The position numbers and the translations under genes were made by a program. A stretch of 64,000 nucleotides of DNA from an uncultured Pseudomonadota bacterium (GTDB lineage Bacteria; Myxococcota_A; Polyangia; Fen-1088): NCBI GenBank assembly GCA_963847705.1, contig CAWKBC010000017.1, positions 233,795 to 297,794 on the forward strand. Direction: 5' to 3'. The notes beneath the pieces are model-generated. The model did no database searches, was not told the DNA's origin, and was given only the letters and a program-made list of their open reading frames with translations. Shown here one piece after another: positions 20,207 through 30,403 of this stretch (position 1 is its first letter; every line of letters begins with the position of its first letter).

Positions 20207-22418
20207 CGTTGGCGACCTCCTCGGCTCCTGGCGGGATCGAATTGCGGAGATGACCTGGAGCGAGCGTGTCGGCTGCGGCCTGGGCGCGCTCGCCGTGCTG
20301 CTGGCCTTCGCCGTCTCGCTCTGCGGGATCGGCGGCGCCTTCCCGGACGGGCACTACGCCTCGAGCTCGGTGATCGGGACGGCCGCCTACAACACCTACC
20401 GCTGGAAGACGTTGTTCCCCGTCGAGGTCTACGTCGATCACCCGCCGGCCTCCTCGGTCTACTACATGCACCACCCGCTGGGGATGTTCTGGGTCATCGA
20501 CCTCCTCGGCAAGACCTTCGGCCTGCACGACTGGGTGCTCCGCCTGCCGCCGCTCGTCTACATGACGGCGACGACCCTGTTGTTGTTCAAGGTTGGGCGC
20601 GCGCTCTGGGGCGCGATCCCCGGCGGCCTCACCGCCCTGGCCTACGTCGCGCTGCCAATCACCCTGGGGTACGCGAACTACCACGACCTCGAGCAGCCGG
20701 TGATGTTCGGCGTCGTCCTGGCCAGCTGGGGCTACCTGCGGTTCGTGCGCACCTGGCGCGAGCGGTATGCGCTCGCCAGCGTGCTCGGCTTCGTGTTCGC
20801 CCTCAACAACGACTGGGCGGCCTACCTGTGGGGCGCCCCGTTCCTGGCCGGCCTCTTCGTCTACGCGTTCCTGCTCTCGGAGCCGACGCGCGGGCGGCTG
20901 GAGATGAAGCCGTTCGGCCGCTACTGGGCGCTCATGTGCGTCGGGGCGGCGTTCAGCTTGGCCCTGGAGATCGTGGTGCTCAGTCAGAGCGGACGCATCT
21001 CGGACGTGCTGTCGTCGTACCTGCTGCGGTCGTCAGGGACGGCCATCCCGCTGAAGGTCGTCCTGGCGGCGCGCCGTTACCGCATCGAGCTGATGTTCAC
21101 CACGCTCGGGATCGGCCTGGGGAAGCTGGCGCTCCCGATCATCGTCGCGCGCGCGGTGATCAGACGGAATCACCTCGAGCTGCTGGCCCTCCCCCTCTTC
21201 TTCTGCGCGCTCTGCCAGTACCTGGTCTTCAAGGAAGGGGCCGACGTTCACATCTTCTGGCCGCACTACTTCGCCCCCTACTTCGCGCTGGCGGTGGGCG
21301 CGCTGGCAGCGTCGGTCTGCGAGCTGACGGTCTGGGCCTGGGAGCGTCTCGGCCGGCCGGATCCCTCCCGGGGCGTTCGGGCCGCGCCCTGGGTGGCGCT
21401 GGTGTTGCTCGGGCTGCCGGTCGGCTTCGTCCTCAAGGATGGCCTCTCGCTGCTGCGCCTGGCGCGCGAGACGGGCGGGCGCTTCGCCGAGGTGAACCTG
21501 GACACCGACCTCGACAAGGAGGCGGTGCTGCGCTGGTTCCTGGCCCGCTTGCCCCCGACGGTGGGAATCGCCTATCACCCCGCCATCCACGACGGCTGGG
21601 CGCTGCAGTGGGAGCTGCGGCCGCGCCTCTCGGCCGCCAACCAGCCGGTCGTGGCCGGCGTCTCCGACAGCACCCGCGTCTACATCATGGACACGCGGAG
21701 CGCGTCGCCCGGCGAGCTGCAGCAGGCGGCCGGGCGCTACCACGTCCAGGCGGTCGGATTCCTCTGGGTGTTCGATCGGGCGCAGCCCCCCGCCCCGCTC
21801 GACGGATATGTTCTCGACGAGCGCGAGCCCACGCTGTGGGAGCGCTGGTGGCTGGGACCGACGGAGCCGATCCGATCGGTCCGGCCCGATGCCTGGACCA
21901 CCTGGGAGTGGCGCAAGATGCTCGGCCAGCCGGCGGTGGTGCCGACGAGCGCACCCACCACCACCGACGAGCTGCGGATCGCGCACAACGCCGCCGTCGA
22001 GCGCGGCGACCTGGCGTCGGCAGCGCGGCTGCGGGCGGCGCTCGTCGCGCGCCTCAACGTGCACCTGACCGCCGCGTTCGAGGGGGGGACGTCGCTTATC
22101 GGCGCCGTGCAGCGGACCGGCGCGCGCCGAAGCTTCACCCTGTTCTTCGTCGCAGGGAACATCGCGGGCGACGCGCGCTTCTCCGTCCACGCCAGGGTCA
22201 CCGCGCCGCCACCCCTGTCGGGGCTGCCGGCCGCGCCGGAGAATCTGGAGATCGCCGGGGGAGCGACCTGGCCGACCAGCTTCTGGCGCCGGGGCCAGAT
22301 CTACAGTCTCGAAGCGGTCTATCGCAAGCGACCCGGGACGGAGCTCCTCACCGGTGCCTGGAGCCCGGGGCCGCGGCGGACCGACGCCGCGACGCCGGTC
22401 GAGATCGCCCGCCTCTAA
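20184..22418 (+). CDS. ArnT/PMT-like GT-C glycosyltransferase with periplasmic C-terminal domain (start may be 20250)
   Basis: YYMHHPLG loop, WVLRLP, many TM helices, soluble C-terminal region. Confidence 0.75.
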   Translation: MKAPRSCSVGDLLGSWRDRIAEMTWSERVGCGLGALAVLLAFAVSLCGIGGAFPDGHYASSSVIGTAAYNTYRWKTLFPVEVYVDHPPASSVYYMHHPLGMFWVIDLLGKTFGLHDWVLRLPPLVYMTATTLLLFKVGRALWGAIPGGLTALAYVALPITLGYANYHDLEQPVMFGVVLASWGYLRFVRTWRERYALASVLGFVFALNNDWAAYLWGAPFLAGLFVYAFLLSEPTRGRLEMKPFGRYWALMCVGAAFSLALEIVVLSQSGRISDVLSSYLLRSSGTAIPLKVVLAARRYRIELMFTTLGIGLGKLALPIIVARAVIRRNHLELLALPLFFCALCQYLVFKEGADVHIFWPHYFAPYFALAVGALAASVCELTVWAWERLGRPDPSRGVRAAPWVALVLLGLPVGFVLKDGLSLLRLARETGGRFAEVNLDTDLDKEAVLRWFLARLPPTVGIAYHPAIHDGWALQWELRPRLSAANQPVVAGVSDSTRVYIMDTRSASPGELQQAAGRYHVQAVGFLWVFDRAQPPAPLDGYVLDEREPTLWERWWLGPTEPIRSVRPDAWTTWEWRKMLGQPAVVPTSAPTTTDELRIAHNAAVERGDLASAARLRAALVARLNVHLTAAFEGGTSLIGAVQRTGARRSFTLFFVAGNIAGDARFSVHARVTAPPPLSGLPAAPENLEIAGGATWPTSFWRRGQIYSLEAVYRKRPGTELLTGAWSPGPRRTDAATPVEIARL

Positions 22419-23032
22419 GCGCCGGGCGCGCGACAGACAGCGAAGGTGTTGAGCCCGAGCTTGTGAGAGAAGCAGGTGATGCCGCTCGGGCGGAACCCGG
22501 CCGACACCAGCAGGGGCCAGAGATCCTTCACGTCGTAGTACATCTTGTGGTCGTCCATCTCGGCCGCGGGGGAGAGGCCCAGGCGAAAGGCCGAAAGCTC
22601 CAGGTACTTCTTGCCCCTCCAAGACGGGACGTTGACCAGGAGGACGCCGCCCGGCAGGAGCAGCCGGCGCGCTTCGCCGAGGAGGCGCAGTGGATCGTTG
22701 ACGTGCTCGAGCACCGAGACGATGAGGACGACGTCGAGCGAGGCCGAGGGGAGCGCGCCCAGCGCCTCGGGGAGCTGCCCCTCGACCGCCCGGACGCGCG
22801 GGTCGGTCTTGAGATCGTCGGCCAGCGCCACGTCGACCAGGACGGCGCTGGCGACCTCGCCCAAGATGGTGCGCGAGAAGGACGCCTGGTATCCGCAGCC
22901 GAAGTCGCCGATCCGCTTGCCGGCAAAGTCGGGGACGTGGCGGCGGATCTGCCAGGACGACAACCAGACGCCGAACCGGTCGACCAGCGTCCCGCGGCTG
23001 TTCTGCAAGAAGGCCTCCTGGCGCGCGGTCAC
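22415..23032 (-). CDS. Class I SAM-dependent methyltransferase
   Basis: DFGCG motif I, SVLEHV, LLPGGVLLVNVP. GTG overlaps the GT2 stop. Confidence 0.88.
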   Translation of the reverse strand: MTARQEAFLQNSRGTLVDRFGVWLSSWQIRRHVPDFAGKRIGDFGCGYQASFSRTILGEVASAVLVDVALADDLKTDPRVRAVEGQLPEALGALPSASLDVVLIVSVLEHVNDPLRLLGEARRLLLPGGVLLVNVPSWRGKKYLELSAFRLGLSPAAEMDDHKMYYDVKDLWPLLVSAGFRPSGITCFSHKLGLNTFAVCRAPGA

Positions 23033-24282
23033 GGCTTGCGCCTCACGGCCACCGCGGTCGAGTGCAAGATCAGCGTGAAGGTGAAGGTCATGAAGCCGAG
23101 GATGGAGAGCAGGAGACCGGTGGCGGCGAGGTTGTTGATCGGAGAGCCGACCAGCAGCTGAAATCCATTGCGGAGGTAGTTGCGGGTGAGGAGGCCGCCA
23201 CAGACGAGACCCGCGCCGAAGAGCGCGGCGGCGATCCCCACGCTCCGGTTGTAGGGGAAGCGACGGAACCACCTGGCCGTGACGTCCCCGTCCCAGTCGA
23301 AGAAGATCTGCGACAGGATCCCCATGTAGACGCATTGCAGGCCCAGGATCGAGAGCGAGAGGCCGAGCAGCATCCAGTGCAGATCGAAGGTGACGGGCCC
23401 GAAGGTGAGGGTCCCGAACGAAAGCGGCAGCGTCAGCAAGAGCCCGGCCGCCAGGAGGATCAGCCCCGGCTTGTAGAGGAAGAAGTCGGCGCCGTAGACG
23501 AACATCGCGCGCAGGTTGATCCAGGCCGCCGCCCAGGGCGAGAACCAGCCGGAGCGCTTGTGGTGGCTGAGCCGTCCGTCGCGGTCCTTGAGGAAGCGAA
23601 TCGGGACCTCCTCGGTGCGCAGGTTCATGTGCACCGACTTGAGGACCATCTCGGAGGCGTACTCCCAGGACTGCGAGCGCAGATCCATCCGTCCCAGCGC
23701 CGCCTTGGTGATGCCGCGCATGCCGCAGTGGATGTCGGAGAATCGACTGCCGAAGATGACGTTCAAGATCGCCGTCGTCACCGGCGTCCCCAGATAACGG
23801 TGGAGCGGCGGCATCGACCCCGGCTCGATGAAGCCGCGAAAGCGCGAGCCCATAATGAACTCGGCGCCGCCCCGGAACTTCTCGACGAACGGGGCCAGCT
23901 CGCGGAAGTCGTAGGTGCAGTCGGCGTCGCCCATGACGATGTAGCGGCCGCGGATGAAGGGGAGCGCGTCGATGTACGCGCGCCCGAGGCCCCGCTTGGG
24001 GGTGCGCAGCACGCGGGCCCCGCCGGCCAGCGCCAGCTCTGTCGTGCGGTCGCTGCCGCTGTCGATGATCAGGATCTCGCCGACCACGCCGGCCTTCTTC
24101 ATCCCCTGGTGGCACCAGGCGACGAAGTCGGCGATGGTCAGCTGCTCGTTCAAGGCCGGGATGACGATCGAGAGCTCCGGCTCTGCCACGTCGTTGGCCG
24201 GGAGCAGGAGCTCGATTTCGGGATCGACGGCCGAGGCGGGCACCAGGTTCACCAGGGGCGCGCTCAGGTCTGCCCCGCTCAC
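23029..24282 (-). CDS. GT2 polyprenol-phosphate glycosyltransferase (DPM1/GtrB-like) with C-terminal TM helices
   Basis: SIVIPALNE, DSGSD, MGDADCTYD (DxD), GSRF, DIHCGMRG, then four TM segments. Confidence 0.88.
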   Translation of the reverse strand: MSGADLSAPLVNLVPASAVDPEIELLLPANDVAEPELSIVIPALNEQLTIADFVAWCHQGMKKAGVVGEILIIDSGSDRTTELALAGGARVLRTPKRGLGRAYIDALPFIRGRYIVMGDADCTYDFRELAPFVEKFRGGAEFIMGSRFRGFIEPGSMPPLHRYLGTPVTTAILNVIFGSRFSDIHCGMRGITKAALGRMDLRSQSWEYASEMVLKSVHMNLRTEEVPIRFLKDRDGRLSHHKRSGWFSPWAAAWINLRAMFVYGADFFLYKPGLILLAAGLLLTLPLSFGTLTFGPVTFDLHWMLLGLSLSILGLQCVYMGILSQIFFDWDGDVTARWFRRFPYNRSVGIAAALFGAGLVCGGLLTRNYLRNGFQLLVGSPINNLAATGLLLSILGFMTFTFTLILHSTAVAVRRKP

Positions 24283-25283
24283 ATCTTCCCCGCTTTCATG
24301 TCGGGGATCATCGCCAGCATGGAGCGGCGGAGCGCCTCGCGCGTGGAGTGCTCGCAGCGCCAGCCGAGCCCGCGGATGCGCCCCGTGTCGAGCCGGACGA
24401 TCGGGACGTCCCCCTTCCAGCCGCGGTCGCCGCCGGTGTAGTCGAAGACGACGCGCTCCTTGGCCAACCCCACGCACTCCACCGCCAGCGCCGCGATCTC
24501 GGCGACCGTGATGTAGTCGCCGGTCGCCACGTTGTAGGCGGCGAACGGGGCCGTCGTCTTGTCGTGGGCCGTCAAGACGGCACGGACGATGTCGCTCACC
24601 AGGACGTAGGACTTCGACTGGGTCCCGTCGCCCAGGATGCGCAAGGTGATCGCAGCCTCACCCGCCGCCTGGGCGGCCAGCAGGCGGCGCGCGAAGTCGA
24701 ATCCCACGCCGTGGGTCTGGCGCGGGCCCACCACGTTCCCGAACCGGAAGCCGCAGCCGGAGAGCCCGAACATGTAGGCGTAGCTGGCGATGAGCGCCTC
24801 GCCGGCCAGCTTGCTGGCGCCGTAGGTCGACACGGGGATGAGCGGCCCCATGTCCTCGGTCCCCTCGCGCGTGCCGAGCTCGCCGTAGACGCCGCTGCCG
24901 GAGGCATAGAGGATCCGCTTGGCGCTGGTGGTGCGCATCGCCTCGACCACCGCGCTGGTGAGCGCGGTCCCCTGGGTGAAGTCGATGGTCGGCTCGCGGG
25001 CCGCACGGGCGATGTCGGGGTTGGAGGCCAGGTGGATGACGACGTCGTGCCCGTCCATGGCGGCGGCCAGCGCGCGCGCGTCCTCGACGTCGCCGCGCAC
25101 GGCGCGAAAGCGCGGGTCGGCGTCGTGCTGGGCGTGGTGCCAGGGTCGCCCCGAGGAGTAGTTGTCGTAGAGCGTGACACCGGCTGCGCCTGCCGGTCCG
25201 AGCAGGTGATCGGTAAAATGACTGCCGATGAATCCGGCGCCACCAACGATGAAAAAGCGCTGCGCGGAGAGGGGCTGGCTCAC
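24279..25283 (-). CDS. NAD-dependent epimerase/dehydratase (extended SDR)
   Basis: GGAGFIGSH, YGASK, RFGNVVG. Confidence 0.92.
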   Translation of the reverse strand: MSQPLSAQRFFIVGGAGFIGSHFTDHLLGPAGAAGVTLYDNYSSGRPWHHAQHDADPRFRAVRGDVEDARALAAAMDGHDVVIHLASNPDIARAAREPTIDFTQGTALTSAVVEAMRTTSAKRILYASGSGVYGELGTREGTEDMGPLIPVSTYGASKLAGEALIASYAYMFGLSGCGFRFGNVVGPRQTHGVGFDFARRLLAAQAAGEAAITLRILGDGTQSKSYVLVSDIVRAVLTAHDKTTAPFAAYNVATGDYITVAEIAALAVECVGLAKERVVFDYTGGDRGWKGDVPIVRLDTGRIRGLGWRCEHSTREALRRSMLAMIPDMKAGKM

Positions 25284-25364
25284 GGGGCGAGCATCCTAGT
25301 CCAATCCTTCGTTGAAATCCTTGGGGGAAATCCTACGGCGCGCGCGGCGCGGAGCGCGGCCCGG

Positions 25365-25985
25365 TCAGCGGGTCGGTTCCGTCGATTCCCATTTGGTCGC
25401 GGACTGCTTGAGCCGTGGATGGCTGACCAGGAGGTGCCAGATCACCGCGCAGAGTCCCTCGGTGTGCGGCGTGATCCGGTCGGGCGACACGGTCGGGATG
25501 ATGACGCAGGCCTCGGCCGCGGTCCTGGTCGCGCCCCCGTCCTTGCCGACGATGCCGAAGACGGCCGCGCCCCGCTCGCGCCCGAGCTCCACGGCGCGCA
25601 CCAGGTTCATCGAGACGTTCTTCTCGCGGCTGCCGCCTCCGACCGAGAAGACCAACAGCGCGTCGCGCTTGTCCAGGCGCGAGACCTTCAGCCACTCGGA
25701 GAAGCTGGTGTCCCACCCTTCGTCGTTCACGCGCGCCGTCAGCTCGGAGACGTTGTCGGTGGGCGTGTAGGCCTCGAAGCCGCAGATCTTGCGGAAGTCG
25801 TTGACCGCGTGGCTGGCGTGCCCGGCCGAGCCCCCGACGCCCAGGATGAAGAGACGCCCACCGGCATCGCGCACGCGGCCGAGGCCGATCGCCACCGCGT
25901 CGACCGCCGCCGCGTCGATCTCGCGAACCGCCCTCAGCGTCTCTTGCAGGAAGAGATCGACGAAGCCCCGCGTCTCCGTGCTCAC
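25365..25985 (-). CDS. gmhA: SIS-domain phosphoheptose isomerase-like protein (GmhA-like)
   Basis: GVGGSAGHASH, LTARVND, SVGGGS. Located within a heptose pathway cluster. Confidence 0.75.
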   Translation of the reverse strand: MSTETRGFVDLFLQETLRAVREIDAAAVDAVAIGLGRVRDAGGRLFILGVGGSAGHASHAVNDFRKICGFEAYTPTDNVSELTARVNDEGWDTSFSEWLKVSRLDKRDALLVFSVGGGSREKNVSMNLVRAVELGRERGAAVFGIVGKDGGATRTAAEACVIIPTVSPDRITPHTEGLCAVIWHLLVSHPRLKQSATKWESTEPTR

Positions 25986-26728
25986 AGCTTGAACCCCGCC
26001 GCCTCGGCGTCTCGGAAGAACATCTGCACCGTCTCCAGGCTGAAGTCGCCGAGATCCTTGCCGACCAGCTCCAGCTTCTTCAAGAGATCGGGCGTCACCG
26101 TGATGATGTCGCAGCCGAGCTCGGCCGCCTGGACGATGTTCAGGAGCTCGCGCGGGCTGGCCCAGAGCAGCTCGACCGACTTGCCGGCGGCCCGGCAGAT
26201 CGACAGCGCCTCCCGCATGAGCGGGATCGGATCGCGGCCGGTGTCGGCGATGCGGCCGGCGAACACCGAGACCACCGAGGGCGCCCCGCCTTCGAGCGCC
26301 CGGGCCACCTCGCGCACCTGCGCCACCGTGCAGATGGCGGTCACGTTCAGCTTCACGCCGGCGCCGGCCAGCTCGCGCACCAGCCCGGTGGTCGGCTCGC
26401 GCTTGGTGTTGGTGACCGGAATCTTGACGTAGACGTTGCCACCCCAGGTGGCGATCTCACGCGCCTGCCGCAGCATCTCCCCGGTGTCGTCGGCGAACAC
26501 CTCGAACGAGATCGGCCGGTCCTTGATCGCCGCCAGAACCTCCTTGGCGAAGGCCCGGTAGTCGGAGATCCCTGCCTTGCGCATCAACGTCGGGTTGGTG
26601 GTGAAACCGGAGATGCGGGGGTCGCGCGCCGACTCCAGCATCGAGGGCAGCGACGCACCGTCGGCGAAGATCTTGATCCGGTCCAAAGTCGCCTTGAAGT
26701 TAGGCTGGTCGGTAGGCTCGTTGCGCAT
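25982..26728 (-). CDS. tal: Transaldolase (short Fsa/TalC-type)
   Basis: KIFAD, GFTTNPTL, ISFEV, VYVKIP (Schiff-base Lys), SVFAGRIAD. Confidence 0.88.
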   Translation of the reverse strand: MRNEPTDQPNFKATLDRIKIFADGASLPSMLESARDPRISGFTTNPTLMRKAGISDYRAFAKEVLAAIKDRPISFEVFADDTGEMLRQAREIATWGGNVYVKIPVTNTKREPTTGLVRELAGAGVKLNVTAICTVAQVREVARALEGGAPSVVSVFAGRIADTGRDPIPLMREALSICRAAGKSVELLWASPRELLNIVQAAELGCDIITVTPDLLKKLELVGKDLGDFSLETVQMFFRDAEAAGFKL

Positions 26729-26785
26729 GGGGGTCCTCTAGATAAGAGCGTTCGAGTCTCGCAAATCGTCGCGGAGATAACAAAG

Positions 26786-28282
26786 TCATTTTGGCTCGGG
26801 CGGGATCTCCCCGTGACAGACCGACAGCCGCCGGACGAGCTTCTCGTAAAGGGGCCGGTTGTTGGCCTCGAAGTGGGCGTACTGTCCCTTGATCCCGAGC
26901 GCCAGCCCGATCCCCATCGACGGGATCGCCAGCAGGACGGCTGCCGCGACGACCAGCTTCCGGAGGATCCGACGCGCCCTCAGCGCCTCGTAGGCGGCCC
27001 CGGCCCCGAGCGTGCCCAGCAGGACCACGCTCCCCACGATGTCGCCCAGATACCGGTTGGTGGCGGTCGAGAGGACGAGGCACGGCGCGAGCGCGGCGGC
27101 CGCCGCCAGGGCCGTCGCCCCCACGGCCCAGCTGAAGGGCGAAACCCGGCGGGTCCGCCAGAGCGCGCGCGCCGCGGCGACCAGGGCGAAGGGCGCGAAC
27201 CAGGACCAGAGGAGTGTCGGAAGCAGCCCGGCGACCTGCTCGTAAACGAAGTAGTCCTTCGGAAGCTTGGTTCCCGGCGGAAAGGCGCGCATCCCCATGT
27301 CCAGGATCGCGTAGGCGAAGGGGAAGCGGCAGGACCAGACCGCCGGCCGCAAGAGATAGGCGTAGAGGTTCGTGGGAAGGAACCTCGGGGCGGCCCCCAT
27401 GTTGATCCAGCTGAGCTGATAGCGGTGCCCGAAGTCGAGCCAGGCGTCGAACCGCAGCCGGTTGTAGCCGAGGGTGGCGAACAGGCCGAGCGCCACCGGC
27501 AGGCCGAGCCAGAGCGCCGTCTGCGCCGCCCGGCGTGGCCAGCGCTCCTGCCTGCCTCCGGCGGCGCCCAGCAGGGTCGCGACGACCAGAAGCGCGACCG
27601 CCGGGGCGAGACTGGTCCGGCAGCCAAAGGCCGCGGCCCAGGACGCCCCCGCCGCGACGAGAGACAGGCGCCGCACGTCGCTCGCCCAGACCGCGTCGAA
27701 AGCAAACACCAGCCCCAGCAGCAGGAACGCCTGTCCGCCCACGATTGCCGCCTCGTAGACGGCTCCCCGCGCCAGGTTGTAGAGCGTCGGGTTGGCGAGC
27801 CCGAGCACGAGGACGGCGGCCACCTCCAGCGCGACGGGCAGGCGACCGAACAGGCGCCGCCCCGCCCGCTCGATGAAGAGCGTCCCCGCCACGAACTGCA
27901 GGGTGGTCAGTGCGAATACAACAGGCTCGTCGCCCACGGGGGTCGAGACTCGAAAGAGGGTCTTCACCGCCGCAAGGAGCAGCGCCGGCACCGGCCCCCA
28001 GTAGAGGTAGTAGTGGCCGCGATAGAAGCTGGCGTCCCAGTACCAGAGGCCGGCGTTGGCGGGATCGAGCGGGTTGGGCCGGGAGACGAGAGCGGCTGGC
28101 GGCTCGACGGAAAGATGCAGGTGCCCTGCTCGAAACCCCTCCGCGAGATCGTTGAGGTAACCGGTATAGAAGTGCCAGCGGGTGAAGGTCCCGGCCGAGG
28201 TGATGTACCAGGAGACCAGCTCGACGAGGGTGGCCGCGGCGACCAGCGCTGCGATCCGTCGGTGGCTGCCTGCCGTCCTCAT
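26786..28282 (-). CDS. Polytopic membrane protein, GT-C-like (paralogue A)
   Basis: LAEGFRAGHL, DASFYRGHYYLYWGPVPAL, VYEAAI, TNRY, many TM helices. Confidence 0.75.
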   Translation of the reverse strand: MRTAGSHRRIAALVAAATLVELVSWYITSAGTFTRWHFYTGYLNDLAEGFRAGHLHLSVEPPAALVSRPNPLDPANAGLWYWDASFYRGHYYLYWGPVPALLLAAVKTLFRVSTPVGDEPVVFALTTLQFVAGTLFIERAGRRLFGRLPVALEVAAVLVLGLANPTLYNLARGAVYEAAIVGGQAFLLLGLVFAFDAVWASDVRRLSLVAAGASWAAAFGCRTSLAPAVALLVVATLLGAAGGRQERWPRRAAQTALWLGLPVALGLFATLGYNRLRFDAWLDFGHRYQLSWINMGAAPRFLPTNLYAYLLRPAVWSCRFPFAYAILDMGMRAFPPGTKLPKDYFVYEQVAGLLPTLLWSWFAPFALVAAARALWRTRRVSPFSWAVGATALAAAAALAPCLVLSTATNRYLGDIVGSVVLLGTLGAGAAYEALRARRILRKLVVAAAVLLAIPSMGIGLALGIKGQYAHFEANNRPLYEKLVRRLSVCHGEIPPEPK

Positions 28283-28283
28283 C

Positions 28284-29796
28284 CTAGCGGCAGAATGACA
28301 GCTTCCGGCGGAGGCTCTCGTACAGAACGGCATTGTGCTGCTTGAACATCTCGTCGTAGCCCCCGAAGCCGAGAAGAAACCCGATGACCATCGTGGCACC
28401 CGCCAGGAGGATCAGGAGCGCGACCACCCCGCGCCGCGGCCAGCGACCGCGCACGGCGTCGACCAGCGACCACCCGCCCCAGGTCGCGAGCAAGACCGCG
28501 CCGGCGGAGAAGTCGCCCATGTAGCGCATGGTGGTGTCGAAGGCCGAGACGAAGACCAGCGGCATCAGGAAGGTGAGGACGGCGAAGCTGGCAAGGCACC
28601 AGACCTGGGCGCGAGCCGGGCCATCGAGGACGCCCGTCGGATCGGGAGCGCGCCGCCACCTGACCACCCCGCGGACGATGAACCAGACCGCGACCAGGCA
28701 GAGCCAGGTCCAGGGCGCGGTCACGAACAGTCCCGCCTGCGGTTCGTGGGTCGAATACCCAGGGGGAAACCGCAAACCGTGGGGGAAGCCGTGCGCCCCG
28801 ATGTCGTAGAGCGCAGACAGAAATGGGAAACGGCAGGCCATCCCGACTGGCCGGAACAGGTAGCTGAAGATGTTGAGCGGCAGATAGGCCCGCGAGGTGA
28901 TGAACGGGAAGACGTTCAGCTGGTACCTGATCCCGACCTCGAACCAGGAGTCGAAGCGGGCCTTGTTGTAAACGGCGAGCAGCCCCAGGGTGAGCGCGAC
29001 AGGGACGCCGAGCCAGCAGGCGCTGGCGGCCGCTCGGCGCCAGCGACGCCGCGTGGGGGTCGAAGAGCAAAGGGCGGTCAGCACCACGAAAGCGCCCACC
29101 GGCAACACCGCGCTGACCCGGCAGGCGATGGCCGCCGCCCAGCAGGCGCCGGCCACCAGCAGCCGCCAGCGCGCAGGCGGTGCCTCGGACGCCGCCCACA
29201 CGGCGTCGAACGCCGGCACCAGGCCCAGCAGCAGCAACGACTGCGCCGCCGCGATCGCCGCCTCGTAGATGCCGGGGGTGGCCAGCATGAACGGGTTCGG
29301 CGTGACGTAGGCGAAGGCCACCGTCGCCAGCAACGCCAGGCTGGGCGGCAGCGCGGGGAAGAGGCGTCGGGTCATTCGGCCGATCAGCAGCGCGCCCGAG
29401 ACCAGGATCAGCGTGTAGCTGGCGAACGTCACGTACTGGTCGCCGATCACGCCCTTCAGCCGCAGGACGGTCTTCACGGCGATCAGCACCAGCGCCGGCA
29501 GCGGCCCCCAGTAGAGGTAGTAGTGCCCCTTGTAGAGGCTGGCGTCCAGGAACCAGAGGTTGGAGTTGGACCAGTCGAACGGATTCGGCCGGGCCAGGAG
29601 CTCGGGCGGCGGCGGGACCGGGATGTAGAGGTGGCCGGCGCGAAATCCCTCCGCGATGAGGTCGTAGTTCGTGTTCCAGGTCGACCAGGTGGTGAAGGTC
29701 CCGGCCGTGATGATGAAGAGGTAGCTGACCTCGATCGCCAGCAGCAGAAAGACGAGCGGCAGCCACCGCGGCCAACGAAAAGATCGTGCGCGCCAC
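28284..29796 (-). CDS. Polytopic membrane protein, GT-C-like (paralogue B); 5' end frameshifted or CTG-initiated
   Basis: The frame extends upstream of the ORF call (IAEGFRAGHL, DASLYKGHYYLYWGPLPAL) and continues IYEAAI, TMRY. Collinear with paralogue A. Confidence 0.75.
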
Positions 29797-29803
29797 CAGG
29801 CCG

Positions 29804-30403
29804 TCAGTCGCTCTGTCGCCCCAGGAGAAATTCCGCGAAGTGTCGCAAATCAGCCCCATGAAAGGAAGGTCGAAGGCCGCGCGCGGCCAGGGTGGCGCGG
29901 TCGTCGGACGCCACCTCGCCGAGGTAGGCGGTCTGCAGGCCGAACGCGCTGCCGGCGAGGATGTCGGGCGCGCGATCCCCGACCATCCAGGAGCGCGCGC
30001 GGATGAAAGACGGGTGGCGGGCGAAGGCTTCTTCCAGGAGGCCGGTGGCCGGCTTGCGGCAACCACAGCCGTCCTCCGCGCGGTGGAAGCAGAGGTGCGA
30101 GCTCAGGATGACGCCGCCGTCAGCCGTGGCCGCCCGCAGGACCTCTGCGTGCGCCGCCTCGAGCTCGGCGCGGGTGGTCTTCCCCTTGGCCGCGGCCGGT
30201 TGGTTGCTGGCGATCACCAGCCCGAACCCGGCGTCGGTCAGCGCGCGCAGCGCCCCCGGCACCCAGGGGAAGACCTCCACCTCGCTCGGGCGCATCGGGC
30301 TGTCGGGACGCGGCTCCGCCGGGTTGTCGAGCAGGCGATTGAGGACGCCGTCTCGGTCGAGGACGATCAGCGTTCCGGCAGCGTCGACTTCTGGGCGAGC
30401 CAT
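29804..30403 (-). CDS. gmhB: HAD-IIIA heptose-1,7-bisphosphate phosphatase-like
   Basis: LDRDGVLN, SNQ, CFH...CGCRKP zinc motif, MVGDRAPD. Confidence 0.88.
   Translation of the reverse strand: MARPEVDAAGTLIVLDRDGVLNRLLDNPAEPRPDSPMRPSEVEVFPWVPGALRALTDAGFGLVIASNQPAAAKGKTTRAELEAAHAEVLRAATADGGVILSSHLCFHRAEDGCGCRKPATGLLEEAFARHPSFIRARSWMVGDRAPDILAGSAFGLQTAYLGEVASDDRATLAARGLRPSFHGADLRHFAEFLLGRQSD

Noticed and set aside
22415-24115. 566-aa ORF suggesting a GT2-methyltransferase fusion
   Set aside because: The upstream part is an off-frame overlap with the GT2. The methyltransferase starts at GTG 23032, coupled to the GT2 stop.
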